Both the position numbers and the translations under genes were made by a program. Shown piece after piece: positions 40,501 to 50,375 of a stretch of DNA of 64,000 nt. Numbering within the stretch: position 1 is the first letter of the stretch; every line of letters begins with the position of its first letter. The stretch spans positions 3,334 through 67,333 of the forward strand of contig JAEUSP010000101.1 of assembly GCA_016788565.1 (NCBI GenBank), read 5' to 3'. The stretch comes from Chlorobiota bacterium. Its GTDB lineage: Bacteria; Bacteroidota; Ignavibacteria; OLB7. A model generated the notes under the pieces. The model saw only the letters and a list, made by a program, of their open reading frames with translations, ran no database searches and was not told the origin of the DNA.

Positions 40501-42938
40501 TGGCCATTGCCGATGAGTTCATCCGTGCCGAGTACGACCCGGCCAACCAGCCGCCAACCGGGCGTTCGCCGATGACGTTGGGGAACGCATTCCCTTCGCG
40601 CTATGTGGGGCCGGCGGCGGCCATCATCTTCGATTGGTGCTACGACCGGCTTGGCCCGGCCCGCAAAAACCAGATGGTGGGCCTGTTCAATCGCTGGTTC
40701 GATTCGCTGCGTGTGCCGGGGGGAAGCGCGTATGAGAACAACGGGCCATCGAACGGCAACCACTACGGCGGCCACATGGCGGCGGCTGGTTGGATGGGCT
40801 ATGCCAGCCACGGCGATAACCCACGCGCCCAGCATCTGATTGATTGGGCAATCGTCCGCATGGACGGAACGCTAACCCCGAACCTTGCCGCAACCGACAT
40901 CCCCGCCAGCAATCGCAAGCAAGATTTTGAGGGGGATGTGACGAACTACGTTGGCTCCATCTGGGGCATTCCAAGCTCGACGCCGGGCATTCACGGCGCG
41001 CCGTTCCGGGGTGGGCACAACTTCCAGGGGTGGGCGTATGGCAACGGTGAGTTCAGCCAAATGATTGACCTGCTGCAGGCAATGAAAACCGCTGGCGGCC
41101 CAGACTTCTTCCAGCAATATCCGGGCTGGTTCAGCGGGATGTACCGCTCGATGCGCCACGCGCTGATGCCAAGCCGATTTATGATTGACCCAATCGGCGA
41201 TTGGGGCGGCAACAACGCCGTGGCAATCCAGCCAGGGCTTCCGCACCGGTTATCGTTTGTGCTACAATCCACCCCCGATGGCCCAGCCGCCCAACATTTT
41301 GCCAACGTGGAAATGGCCCAAAATCATGCTTGGAATTTCTACGCCCAAGATGTGCGGGTGATAGAGTTGCGCCAGTGGGAAGCCTTCTACTACCAAGACT
41401 TCACCCGCCCAGCAACGCCGGCGGTGATGCCAACATGGTACAACAACATCAACGCCGTACGGCCAAACGGAAGCAGTCCGAACGGCGCAATTCCGTACTA
41501 CATCATGCGGAGCGGGTGGGACACCGGTGCGGTGTGGGCATCGCTGCAGATGGGGAGCGCGAAGTGGGGCGACCACCAGCATCTGCACGCGGGGCATCTG
41601 CACATTGTTCGCGGGCGCGACCAGCTTCTGATTAGCCCAAGCAACTGGAAAGGTGGGCCAACGGGGTTGGGAATTGTTGGCAACGGAATCGGCTACACCG
41701 ACTACTCCGGCGTGAAAAACACACTCTTCTTTGATGACTACGGCGACTACCAACGGAAGTCCAGCGGGAACATCGGCGGGCAAGATGTCTATGGCTTCGA
41801 CCGCCCCGTGGCCAACGAGTTCACGGAGGAGTACGGCTACGCTCGCAGCGACCTCACGTCGGCCTATAACTACGCTGGCTGGAATCCGGCAACGCAATCC
41901 AGCACCCAAATGTCCGACACCACACAACGGAAGCTGGAGAAGTTCTACCGGAACTTCCTCTACCTGAAAGAGCCAGGCATTTTTGTGACCTACGACCAGA
42001 TAAAAGCCAAGAACAGCACCAACCAGTTGGGGCAGTATCGGAAGCATCTGCGCTGGCATTTCCCCGACCAGCCAACAATCAGCGGCAACAGCATCCGTGC
42101 CGACAAAGGTGCCTCGCGAATTTGGATGCACACCGTGCTTCCGGCAACCGTGGGCTTCACCAAATACAGCTTGCAGAACAACAATCCGGACAACACCTAC
42201 AACGATGCCAGCTTGAACTATTTGTTCGTGAGCAACACGTGGCGGGTGGAAGCGCGCGACACGCTGAACCCGCTGGAAATGCCCTTCCTGACGGTGATGC
42301 AAGCCGGGCCGGCAAACCTTGCGGAGATGACCACCGGCGCGTTCGCCACCACCGATTCACTGATGATCGGATCGCGCATTACAACCGATGCTGGCCAGGA
42401 ATATCTGGTGCTGTTCAACAACCGAACGGGGGTGGTTCAGCAAGCGATTACCTCCACGAATTATCCGCTGCTTGGCGCGGCAAGCGCAACGCATCTGCTG
42501 TGCGGGATGGTGCCGGCAGGGAAGTACCAAATCGCGGTCAGTAACGGCGTGGTGACGGTGGCGCAGAATGCTGCCGGAACGTTTACCGCTTCGGCTGGTG
42601 GTGTGCTCACGTTCCAGCCATCGGCGGTGTCGGGTGCGGCAAAGGCGGTTCCGGGGGAAATATCTGAGTTCAGCAAGGCGCAACTCAGCCTGAGCGTTTT
42701 CCCGAACCCGAGCAATGGGGTGGCAACTGTCAATTTCCGTTTGCCAGAATCAGGAAAAGTGGAAGTGCGGGTGTTGAACGTGTTGGGCGGGGTAGTGGCG
42801 CAGTTGGTGAATCGCTCGCTTCCGGCAGGCGTTCACGCCGTTGAGTGGAATGGCGAAGCGGAACCGACGGGAACCTACCTTGTTGAAATCTCCGCCGGAA
42901 GCCGCCGCGCAGTACAAAGACTGGTGCTGACGAACTAA
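37584..42938 (+). CDS. Secreted tandem heparinase II/III-like (lyase-like) protein with T9SS C-terminal domain
   Basis: Signal peptide MKSLRLLL; two homologous ~780-aa halves each starting GHPR.LLT; G/N/D linker; C-terminal VFPNP...G.Y.V sorting domain. Confidence 0.8.
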   Translation: MKSLRLLLALWAIALAGLTTNVLASGLTPVAGHPRILLTSAVKTTLVAKKNSNDPTWLALKSKADALLNQTIVQFKYNTYSNWYSNSIYFESNGSGWMHAAFTLGLAWQVSGDTNYANKAVALADEIIRADADPDNQGLGKSPITLDRSYTSRHLGPAVAVLYDWCYARLDSSRKAKLRAVMVKWFNHLRNGSASSDVYQKNGPATGAWFGSHMICAAWMGYGISGDDTAAQRMIDWARARFDGTQSATLSASDYPATHRMQGFTGGIKSWFGSRWGVPSTVQGATGAPMKGGMFPQGWWYGNAEFGRMVDYMMVVKSATNEDLVGNYQSYLADIFAAHRHATLPGNLLIDPNGEWRGSQGAVVERGLPARLATALAGVANIGAAAAHFAWSEIPSPANSVSGVSVAALQPWEDFLYRNTSATGSTVALPLCYTGFAPNYPAAAAGNGAIPYFTMRSSWGGNAVWASVNMGAQVYDEFMHYQAGHIEVAKGNHRLLISPTTWKGDSSGLGVTSLGPVISDHSGAKNTLYFGDFGDYQSTSSTRVGGQGPHGKDKVVAQEMNPSYSYISADLSTAYNNMDWPRSVGDTTNRKLDYFYRNFVYLRPANLFVVYDRVKAFASSNANGAYKKRLRWHFPTQPLVSGSSIRVDNSDARLWLQTLLPANPTITTSSLVSNPDNTWGAWLNYLFASKSYRAEVSNAANPLQQPFLTVMQAGTTSLSEPTSALFYTTDSLMIGTTIEAANGNEYVVLFNNRTGQVPQAITWTSYYLPSSINATHTVCGLEPNTAYTLDLQGSLLVIAKDPAGGHVSTPAGVLQFTPPGGTPQVDGNDDGDDEGNGGNNGGGDNGGGDNGGGNNGGGGDNGGGGDNGGGNNGGGNNGGAIIAGHPRLLLTPAIKTTLLAKVQANDPTWTALKTRADILLTYPITQYKTATAYNWFANTIFYGYQGEGWYSDVIPLAFAWQMTGDTNYCNKLLAIADEFIRAEYDPANQPPTGRSPMTLGNAFPSRYVGPAAAIIFDWCYDRLGPARKNQMVGLFNRWFDSLRVPGGSAYENNGPSNGNHYGGHMAAAGWMGYASHGDNPRAQHLIDWAIVRMDGTLTPNLAATDIPASNRKQDFEGDVTNYVGSIWGIPSSTPGIHGAPFRGGHNFQGWAYGNGEFSQMIDLLQAMKTAGGPDFFQQYPGWFSGMYRSMRHALMPSRFMIDPIGDWGGNNAVAIQPGLPHRLSFVLQSTPDGPAAQHFANVEMAQNHAWNFYAQDVRVIELRQWEAFYYQDFTRPATPAVMPTWYNNINAVRPNGSSPNGAIPYYIMRSGWDTGAVWASLQMGSAKWGDHQHLHAGHLHIVRGRDQLLISPSNWKGGPTGLGIVGNGIGYTDYSGVKNTLFFDDYGDYQRKSSGNIGGQDVYGFDRPVANEFTEEYGYARSDLTSAYNYAGWNPATQSSTQMSDTTQRKLEKFYRNFLYLKEPGIFVTYDQIKAKNSTNQLGQYRKHLRWHFPDQPTISGNSIRADKGASRIWMHTVLPATVGFTKYSLQNNNPDNTYNDASLNYLFVSNTWRVEARDTLNPLEMPFLTVMQAGPANLAEMTTGAFATTDSLMIGSRITTDAGQEYLVLFNNRTGVVQQAITSTNYPLLGAASATHLLCGMVPAGKYQIAVSNGVVTVAQNAAGTFTASAGGVLTFQPSAVSGAAKAVPGEISEFSKAQLSLSVFPNPSNGVATVNFRLPESGKVEVRVLNVLGGVVAQLVNRSLPAGVHAVEWNGEAEPTGTYLVEISAGSRRAVQRLVLTN

Positions 42939-43649
42939 CCGAAGGCACTGGTTGGTGGAACCCGAAGGAGCACGCCCCACCAGGGGTGGCTTCTTCGGGT
43001 GTTTTTATTCTGGGGCGTTGCCAAATGTCGAATGTCGAATGTCGAATTGGTTCTTGCAACTGACTAATGACCAATGACCACACCCCCGAACATCGCCCTC
43101 CGCTCATGCTGAGCCCCGTCGAAGTATGAGTGGAGCCACCGAACGCAGCCCGTCCCTGCCTGCCCTCACCCCCTGCCCTCTCCCAAGCAGGTGATAGTGC
43201 TGGTTGCCTCACATTGGTGGGGTGGGAGAGGGAGCCAAAGCGAAGAGTGAAGAGTGAGATGGGAAGAGTGAAATGGAGCAAAGCCAGAAACCAACTAATG
43301 ACGAATGACCACACCTCCGAATCCCGCCCTCCGCTCATGCTGAAGCTCCGTCGAAGTATGAGTGGAGCCACCGAACCCGCGCCCCCCTGCTTCGCTCTGG
43401 CGAGCTTCGCGTCCCCCCAAGTTTGGGGGATTTGATGCCACCAGCTTGAGATGTACCCGTTGTACAGGCTCACCGTCTGGCTCATCTCATAGCTGAATAG
43501 CACATAACCACTCACACTCGCGCTGTTGAACACCGATTGGTTGATCCCAAACTTCCGCAGAATAAGAATTTCATTAGAATTACTTAGTAGGTTGTGACTG
43601 AGGTAGAGTCAATACGCTAATATTAAATCCTGCACAACTTCATGTGTAC

Positions 43650-44186
43650 CTATTCTTGAACAGAATTACACTCGATATTAATTTTACTGTTTTTATACAA
43701 ATACAAAAAAGGAGATTGACGAAAAGCATGTATTGCCCTATTAACATACACTCTATCTACATATAAGTAAAGCCACATCCCATCATTTGCCATAAAAGTT
43801 ATAAAGTCAATATCTACCCAGAATAATTTTTCATCGCTTAATATAAATGAATTAATTTTGTTAAAATACCATGATATGTTTTCAGTATTTAAATTACTCA
43901 ATACATACAAACAACCAAGTTGAAATTTTTGATCAATAAAAAAATCAAAAAAAACCTTCAATTTAGCATTATCAAGAATTGATATTGAATATTTATTATA
44001 GGCATCATTTTTAAATATTTTAAAAAATGAAAAAGGTTCTGGGTTTTCAGTAATTAAAAACATATTTTGCCGATATAAGCCAGCAATTAAATTTGACAGA
44101 AAATCGGCAACTGCAAACTGATACAGCCTATACTCTTCAATCGAATAAGTTGTTAGTTCTATCTTAATCCAAAATTTGTCTTTCAT
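43650..44186 (-). CDS. AT-rich orphan hypothetical protein
   Basis: 178-aa F/I/K/N/Y-rich ORF in a sharply AT-rich patch. Confidence 0.65.
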   Translation of the reverse strand: MKDKFWIKIELTTYSIEEYRLYQFAVADFLSNLIAGLYRQNMFLITENPEPFSFFKIFKNDAYNKYSISILDNAKLKVFFDFFIDQKFQLGCLYVLSNLNTENISWYFNKINSFILSDEKLFWVDIDFITFMANDGMWLYLYVDRVYVNRAIHAFRQSPFLYLYKNSKINIECNSVQE

Positions 44187-44225
44187 CGTTACTTCCTTTG
44201 GTAAGCGTTCATACTCGGCGCAAAT

Positions 44226-44529
44226 TAGAGTTGTTCTGAAATTGATTTTTGGGTATGCCGGAGCCTTGTAGTTACTGGCTTCGTGACCACGAAAAACTTA
44301 TTTGGGAACAACTCTATTGATTTGCGAAACACTACTCAGCCGGGTGTGCTATGGATGCGCTTCGCAGGCCTTCGGCTCCCGCTTTCGCGGGAATGACAGT
44401 GATTGAGTTTTTCGCAAACCACTCTGTTGGGAGTATAATAGAGTTGTTCTGAAATTGATTTTTGGGCATGCTGGAGCCTTGTAGTTACTGGCCTCGTGAC
44501 CACGAAAAACTTATTTGGGAACAACTCTA
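44226..44529. mobile_element. Two copies of a 91-bp MITE-like element (44226-44316, 44439-44529)
   Basis: Near-identical copies with terminal IR tagagttgttc / gaacaactcta. Confidence 0.7.
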
Positions 44530-44819
44530 ATGACTAATGACCACACCGCCGAACCCCGCCCTCCGCTCATGCTGAGCCCCGTCGAAGTATGAGTGGAGCC
44601 ACCGAATGGCGAAGCACCGTCATCGCGAAGAGCGACAGCGACGTGGCACCGCGAAGCAGCGGCGCAAGCCCATCCCGCGTGTGGCAGTGTGTCCGATGGT
44701 CTCTCAGCCAAGCGCGAGATTGCTTCGTCGAAGACTCCTCGCGATGACGGGGCGATGACAGGACGTGAGGTTCGCAGAAATCCCCACGTCCATTTTTTCT
44801 CCAACATTCCTCACCTCTA

Positions 44820-47147
44820 TCACTTCCGCCGCACCCCCAGCACCACTGCCCCGCCAATCGCCAGCACCAGCGTTGCAATCGTAATCCATTTTCCGGTCCC
44901 GTAGGCGGCGGACTCGAACCGAAGCTCCACCGTGTGGTTCCCAGCGGGAACGGCGATTGCGCGAAGTGAGTAGTTGCCGGTGAGCAACTCCGTTTCCGCG
45001 CCGTCCAGATAGACGTGCCATGCCGGATACCACACCTCGCTCAACAGCAAAATCCCCGCTTTGTCGGTGCTGACGTTCACCTCAATCCGCGACGGGTCGT
45101 AGTGGTTGATGGTGGCGGTTCCGCTGCCGGTTCCGTCCGGTTTTACGCTTGGCTCTTTTTCCAGCAACACCGTTTTGGAAAGATCAATCTCACCGCTTCC
45201 CAACATTTTTTTGATTGCCCCGGTGTCGGCCACGCGGTAGTCGTACAGCATCCGAGCATGGGGGAATGCTGTGGCCCGTTCGGCAAGGCCAACGCTTCGT
45301 GTGGCGGGGTCAATCCGCACGGCGTAGCGGATGTTCATCAGGTCGTAGGCGGGTTCGTAGTTGCCTGGCTGCCCGGCGGCTTGGGCCGGGGGGACGCGCC
45401 GTGCAAGCAGCAGTGGGTTGTAGCCTTCAAACAGCATAATCTGGCTGTACGGCCCCTGGTTCCGCTGCATCAGCATCGCCCCCGATTCCCGCATCTTCAC
45501 CCGAAACAGCTTGTCGGGGGCGGAGGCTTTCAACATCGCGAACTGCTCGTCGTTCCGTTGATAGACTTGCTCTGGGTTGTTCGGCGAGGGGTTCTGCTCC
45601 ACGCCGAAGGTGAACAGATCAATCGCCCCCAGCAGCAGCAACGCCACCGCCGCGCCGGCCCCGGGCATCTTCCGTTTCAGCCCGGCCCAGATCACCACGA
45701 TTGCGCCAAGCCCAATCAGCAGCGGCGCGATCCCGGCGGCTCCGGTTGCTTTTGCGGCTTCGGCAGGGGCGTTGAACATCCCCCCCAACGTGCCGCTTAC
45801 CGACAGCACCCCAATCAGCGCAATGATTCCGCCAACAATCCAGGTTGTTCGCATCAGCGGGGCCGTCTCATCGTCGGAGCGGATCACACGTTCCAGCCCC
45901 ACGCCGGCAAGCAACGCCGCCCCTAATCCAAAAAAGAGCATCATGCGGGTGGGAACGCGGAAGGTGCCGAACAGCGGCAGTTTGTTGATGATCGGGTGGA
46001 TGATGAAGCTATCCCCCAACGCATACAGCAGGCTGAACACCGCCATCCCAGCAATAAACCAACGCAGCCCGCCAAGCCGTTTGGATACCAGCCCCAGCGC
46101 GGCCAGCAGCAGCGTCACAACGCCAACGTAGATGCAGGTTTCCCAGAAGTAGAAGGTTTCCGGGCGGTACCAGTACTCCATCCCTTGCGGTGTGTTCCCG
46201 GTGACAACGCCAAAAAATTTGGGGACCACCAACGTCACCAAATGCCCGAAGGTGATGGAGCCTTCCAGCGATTTTTCGTAGCTGCTGGCGGCGCGTTCGC
46301 TTAAGCCGGCTAACTCCTGGGCGGGCATCAGTTGGATTGCAAAAATGCCCGCGCCAATCACCACCACCAGCAGCGCAATGGCCGCCCCTTTCCAGACGCT
46401 GGCTTTCCGTTCGGCATCCTGGCTGCGCAGGTCGCCAACCAGCATGAAGGCGGCAAAGCAGGCCATGTAGAAAACCATGAACAGCGCCGATTGCGGGTGC
46501 CCGCTCAGCATCGTCAGGCCAAGAATAATCCCGGAGAGAATGCCATGCAGCCAGCTTCGTTCGGTGATGCCCTGGTAGAAAAACATCAGCACAAACGGGA
46601 ACCATGCAAGGTGGTAGATCATGTTCGGGTGGATCATGTGGGCCACCATCATTCCGCACAAGCCCCAGGCAATTCCGCTGAAGATTCCGCCCCACTGCCC
46701 AATGCCCAATTTCCGCGCCAGCTTCCACGCGCCAATCATGGCAATCGGGTAGTGGATCACCACAAAAAATTGGGCAAGCCGTGCGGTTAGCTCGCCGCCG
46801 CTGAACAGATACATCAGCAGGTGGCCGGGGTAAAAAAAGCCGTTTTGGAGATCGGCCAAGAAGGGCATTCCGCAGAAGGCGTAGGGGTTCCAGAATGGTA
46901 TCACCCCTTCGCTGAAGTTGCGTGCGGCAAAGACTTCGTGGGGGAAGAACTGCTCCAGAAAATCTTCCCACAAGAAACCGTTACCGAACAAAAACGGGCT
47001 GAAAAACGCCAGCGTTATCACCACAAAAATGCCGTAGGCAACGTAGTTCGGTGGTTCGTACAACGGCGCGGCGGCGGCTGGTGTGCGGCGCGGACTGCGG
47101 ACGGTGATTGGTTCAAGTTCCCGTTTCTTTGAAGGCTGTTTTGCCAT
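44820..47147 (-). CDS. YfhO family membrane protein (GT-C-like)
   Basis: Multi-TM; PFWNPY..CGMPF, SGHPQ, C-terminal SEVWYPAW..G.H.VEL.F. Confidence 0.88.
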   Translation of the reverse strand: MAKQPSKKRELEPITVRSPRRTPAAAAPLYEPPNYVAYGIFVVITLAFFSPFLFGNGFLWEDFLEQFFPHEVFAARNFSEGVIPFWNPYAFCGMPFLADLQNGFFYPGHLLMYLFSGGELTARLAQFFVVIHYPIAMIGAWKLARKLGIGQWGGIFSGIAWGLCGMMVAHMIHPNMIYHLAWFPFVLMFFYQGITERSWLHGILSGIILGLTMLSGHPQSALFMVFYMACFAAFMLVGDLRSQDAERKASVWKGAAIALLVVVIGAGIFAIQLMPAQELAGLSERAASSYEKSLEGSITFGHLVTLVVPKFFGVVTGNTPQGMEYWYRPETFYFWETCIYVGVVTLLLAALGLVSKRLGGLRWFIAGMAVFSLLYALGDSFIIHPIINKLPLFGTFRVPTRMMLFFGLGAALLAGVGLERVIRSDDETAPLMRTTWIVGGIIALIGVLSVSGTLGGMFNAPAEAAKATGAAGIAPLLIGLGAIVVIWAGLKRKMPGAGAAVALLLLGAIDLFTFGVEQNPSPNNPEQVYQRNDEQFAMLKASAPDKLFRVKMRESGAMLMQRNQGPYSQIMLFEGYNPLLLARRVPPAQAAGQPGNYEPAYDLMNIRYAVRIDPATRSVGLAERATAFPHARMLYDYRVADTGAIKKMLGSGEIDLSKTVLLEKEPSVKPDGTGSGTATINHYDPSRIEVNVSTDKAGILLLSEVWYPAWHVYLDGAETELLTGNYSLRAIAVPAGNHTVELRFESAAYGTGKWITIATLVLAIGGAVVLGVRRK

Positions 47148-47633
47148 GGGTTGGACGCAATGAAAATGATATGGAGGTTGTTGGGGAGTTGGTTGTTTTG
47201 CTGTTAGGGGGGGCGGTATGGTCAGTGGTCAGTGGTCAGTGGTCAGTAGTCAATAGTCAGTAGTCAGTAGTCAGTGGTCATTAGTCATTGGTTGGTTTCT
47301 GGCCTTTGGCTTCATTTCACTCTTCACACCTCACTCTTCACTCTTTGCTTTGGCTCGGTTCGGTGGCTCCGCTCATACTTCGACGGGGCTCAGCATGAGC
47401 GGAGGGCTTGGTTCGCGGTGTGGGGATTGGTCAGTAGTCATTAGTCATTAGTCATTAGTCATTAGTTGGTTTTGGCTTCATTTCACTCTTCACACCTCAC
47501 ACCTCACTCTTCACTCTTCACTCTTTGCTTTGGCTGGGTTCGGAGGCCTCGGCTCCTATTTCCTCCTTCCTCCTTCCTTCCCCCCGCTCTCAAGCCCGCC
47601 AAATATACAGCCCAATAGTTAAGTTCGCGGCCT

Positions 47634-48869
47634 ATGGTTATTCGTCGCGCTTCGGAAGCACCGCCGGTTACTCAGTCTCAGCCAGAAATTCCAACCGTCA
47701 GCCAGTTCACCCGTGAACTTCGCGAGGTGTTGGAGTTGGGATTCCCGCAGGTGTTGGTGCAAGGTGAAATATCTGGATGGAACCGCGCTGCCAGCGGCCA
47801 CACCTATTTCACGCTAAAAGATGAAGGGGCATCGTTGGGATGCGTGCTGTGGCGTGGGCGGCAGCTTCGCTACGCAATTCGGGATGGAATGAACGTGGTG
47901 GCTGGCGGGCGCATCACCCTGTACGAGCCACGCGGCCAGTATCAGCTTGATTGCATGACGTTGGTTCCGTTGGGCCAGGGGGCGTTGGCAATGGCGTTCG
48001 AAGCAATGAAGGCGCGGCTGCTGGCCGAAGGATTGTTCGACCCTGAACACAAACAACCACTGCCGCAATTTCCGCGCACCATCGGCCTTGTCACCTCACG
48101 CGATGGCGCGGCCCTGCGCGACATCCTTACAACGCTCCGCCGCCGGATGCCGTTGGTGCGAGTGATACTCTATCCAACATTGGTGCAAGGGGCGGCTGCC
48201 GCTGCCGAGATTGCTCGCGGCATCCGAACGCTGAACAAGGTTGGAGGGATTGACGTGATGATTATCGGGCGCGGCGGCGGTTCCCCGGAAGACCTGTGGG
48301 CGTTCAATGAAGAAGAGGTTGCGCGGGCGATGTTTGACTCCAACATCCCGATCATCAGTGCCGTTGGCCACGAGACTGATTTCACCATTGCCGATTTCGT
48401 GGCGGATCTTCGCGCACCAACGCCAACCGCCGCCGCCGAGCTTGCCGTGCGCGACAAAACAGAGGTGATGGATTTGCTGGAAGGAATGACCCAGCAGATG
48501 GGCGACCAAGTTTCCACCATGCTCCGTTTCCACCAGCGGGAATTGAACGCTTTGCTCCGTAGCCGTGGGTTTGCGCGGCCATCGGACCTGATCCGCACCC
48601 ACGAGCAGCGGCTGGATGAACTAACGCACCGTGCGTGGCGTGGCCTGCGGGGAACGTTGCGCAGCCGGGCCGAGGGGGTGCGCATGGCAGAGTTGGCGTT
48701 GCAAGCCTTGAACCCGGCGAACGTGCTGCGGCGCGGCTACGCAATCATTGCGCGGGAAGGAATTCCCCAAACCGGCATCACCCAAATCCCGGAGGGGACG
48801 GAGATCACGATAACAATGGCCGATGGCCAGCGCGGAGCAGTGGTTGGAAAGCAGAAGGAAGGGGGGTGA
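47634..48869 (+). CDS. xseA: Exodeoxyribonuclease VII large subunit
   Basis: GEISG..SGHTYFTLKD, RGGGSPEDLWAFN, SAVGHETD, PTPTAAAE. Confidence 0.96.
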   Translation: MVIRRASEAPPVTQSQPEIPTVSQFTRELREVLELGFPQVLVQGEISGWNRAASGHTYFTLKDEGASLGCVLWRGRQLRYAIRDGMNVVAGGRITLYEPRGQYQLDCMTLVPLGQGALAMAFEAMKARLLAEGLFDPEHKQPLPQFPRTIGLVTSRDGAALRDILTTLRRRMPLVRVILYPTLVQGAAAAAEIARGIRTLNKVGGIDVMIIGRGGGSPEDLWAFNEEEVARAMFDSNIPIISAVGHETDFTIADFVADLRAPTPTAAAELAVRDKTEVMDLLEGMTQQMGDQVSTMLRFHQRELNALLRSRGFARPSDLIRTHEQRLDELTHRAWRGLRGTLRSRAEGVRMAELALQALNPANVLRRGYAIIAREGIPQTGITQIPEGTEITITMADGQRGAVVGKQKEGG

Positions 48870-48968
48870 GGTTGTGGCCTTCTGATATTTACGCAGCAAC
48901 TCCACCTCTCTTTTCTCCCCTCTGTGCCCTCTGTGCCTCTGTGGTTTTTTCTCACTTCTTCGCTCACG

Positions 48969-50081
48969 CTACATGCGCTGCTTACTCCACCGCTCCACCT
49001 GCTTCAGGATTTTGGTTGCCGCGTTTCCCCGTCCAAAGGGGAAACGCTTGCGCGACATCGTTCGGTAGAGCGATGCGTTGGTAAGCAACGCGCCCGCAGC
49101 TTCGGCAATCGCCCCCGACCGCAACGGCACAATCATCCCGCTTCCCGATTCCACCACTTCCTCACGTTCGGTTTCGGTCCGCAGCACCAGCAGCGGTTTC
49201 CCCAACGCGGGCGATTCCTCCTGAAGCCCACCACTATCGGACATCACAAAGAAGGAGCGGGCAACAAGGGAAATGAACTCGGGATAGCCCAACGGAGCAA
49301 TTGGATGGATACGAGGATGGGATGGCAAATGCGCATCAACAGCGCGCCGCACGTGGGGATTGGGATGAACCGGAATCACCACCGCAACATCCGAAAACCG
49401 CTCCACCAGAAGCCCAACCGATTGCAGTATCTGCGCCTGGGGCTCGCCAAAATTTTCGCGGCGGTGAGTGGTAACAACAACAAGGCGGTTCTGGGGATCA
49501 AGGCCCGGAATAGTGGGCATTGCAACCGGCTGGCTGGCCGTGATCTGCTGCAACGTATCAATCACAGGATTCCCCGTGACGGCAATCGCTTCGGGGGGAA
49601 CGCCTTCGGCCAGCAATCGGTGGCGGTTGGCGTTGGTGGCGGCGCAATGAAGCGTGGCAAGCTGAGTAATCACCCTCCGGTTCATCTCCTCCGGAAATGG
49701 GCTGTAGCGGTTGTTCGTTCGCAAGCCGGCTTCAACGTGGGCCACCGGAATTTTCTGGTGGAACGCCGCCATTGCCGCCGCCATTGCCGAGGTGGTATCC
49801 CCCTGCACGATGACCAGATTGGGTTGCGAAGCCGTTAGCACCGGTTCCAACTTTTCCATCACCCGTGTTGCCAGGCGCAGCGGGCTTTGTCCGCGCCGCA
49901 TCACCTGCAATCGGGTGTCGGGGGCGATTCCGAACAGTTGCAGTATTGGCCCCACCATTTCGGGATGCTGGTCTGTAAGCACCACCCGCACGCTGCACCA
50001 CGTGGCAGTGCGGAACGCCGCGATAACCGGAGCCAACTTCACCGCTTCGGGGCGGGTGCCAAGAACAAACAGAATGGTCAT
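48969..50081 (-). CDS. wecB: UDP-N-acetylglucosamine 2-epimerase (non-hydrolysing)
   Basis: GTRPEAVK, QGDTT, HVEAGLRT, PFPEEMNR, DSGGLQEE; likely start MTILFV. Confidence 0.95.
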   Translation of the reverse strand: MTILFVLGTRPEAVKLAPVIAAFRTATWCSVRVVLTDQHPEMVGPILQLFGIAPDTRLQVMRRGQSPLRLATRVMEKLEPVLTASQPNLVIVQGDTTSAMAAAMAAFHQKIPVAHVEAGLRTNNRYSPFPEEMNRRVITQLATLHCAATNANRHRLLAEGVPPEAIAVTGNPVIDTLQQITASQPVAMPTIPGLDPQNRLVVVTTHRRENFGEPQAQILQSVGLLVERFSDVAVVIPVHPNPHVRRAVDAHLPSHPRIHPIAPLGYPEFISLVARSFFVMSDSGGLQEESPALGKPLLVLRTETEREEVVESGSGMIVPLRSGAIAEAAGALLTNASLYRTMSRKRFPFGRGNAATKILKQVERWSKQRM

Positions 50082-50375
50082 GGAGTCAGGTTTTGGGAAG
50101 ACAGTGTTTTGCTGCGCAACGGCGTTCATCCAAAGCAAGATACAAGAGCGTGAGGTAGAAGTGGAAGAAGGGGAAGGAGAGCCGAGGCGAGGATGACTTT
50201 TTTGTGAAGACCTGCTGGGATAATCACCATGCAATTGTCCGAAAGAAAAGAGTAGTTTTGGCGCGACCGAAATGCCTGCTTGCCGACAGCATATCGGTTA
50301 GCCGTGATGCCTGCCGCTTCCATATTCTTGGAAGAGCATCATGCTTCAACTTCCTTCCAAATTCGCACACCTGCC

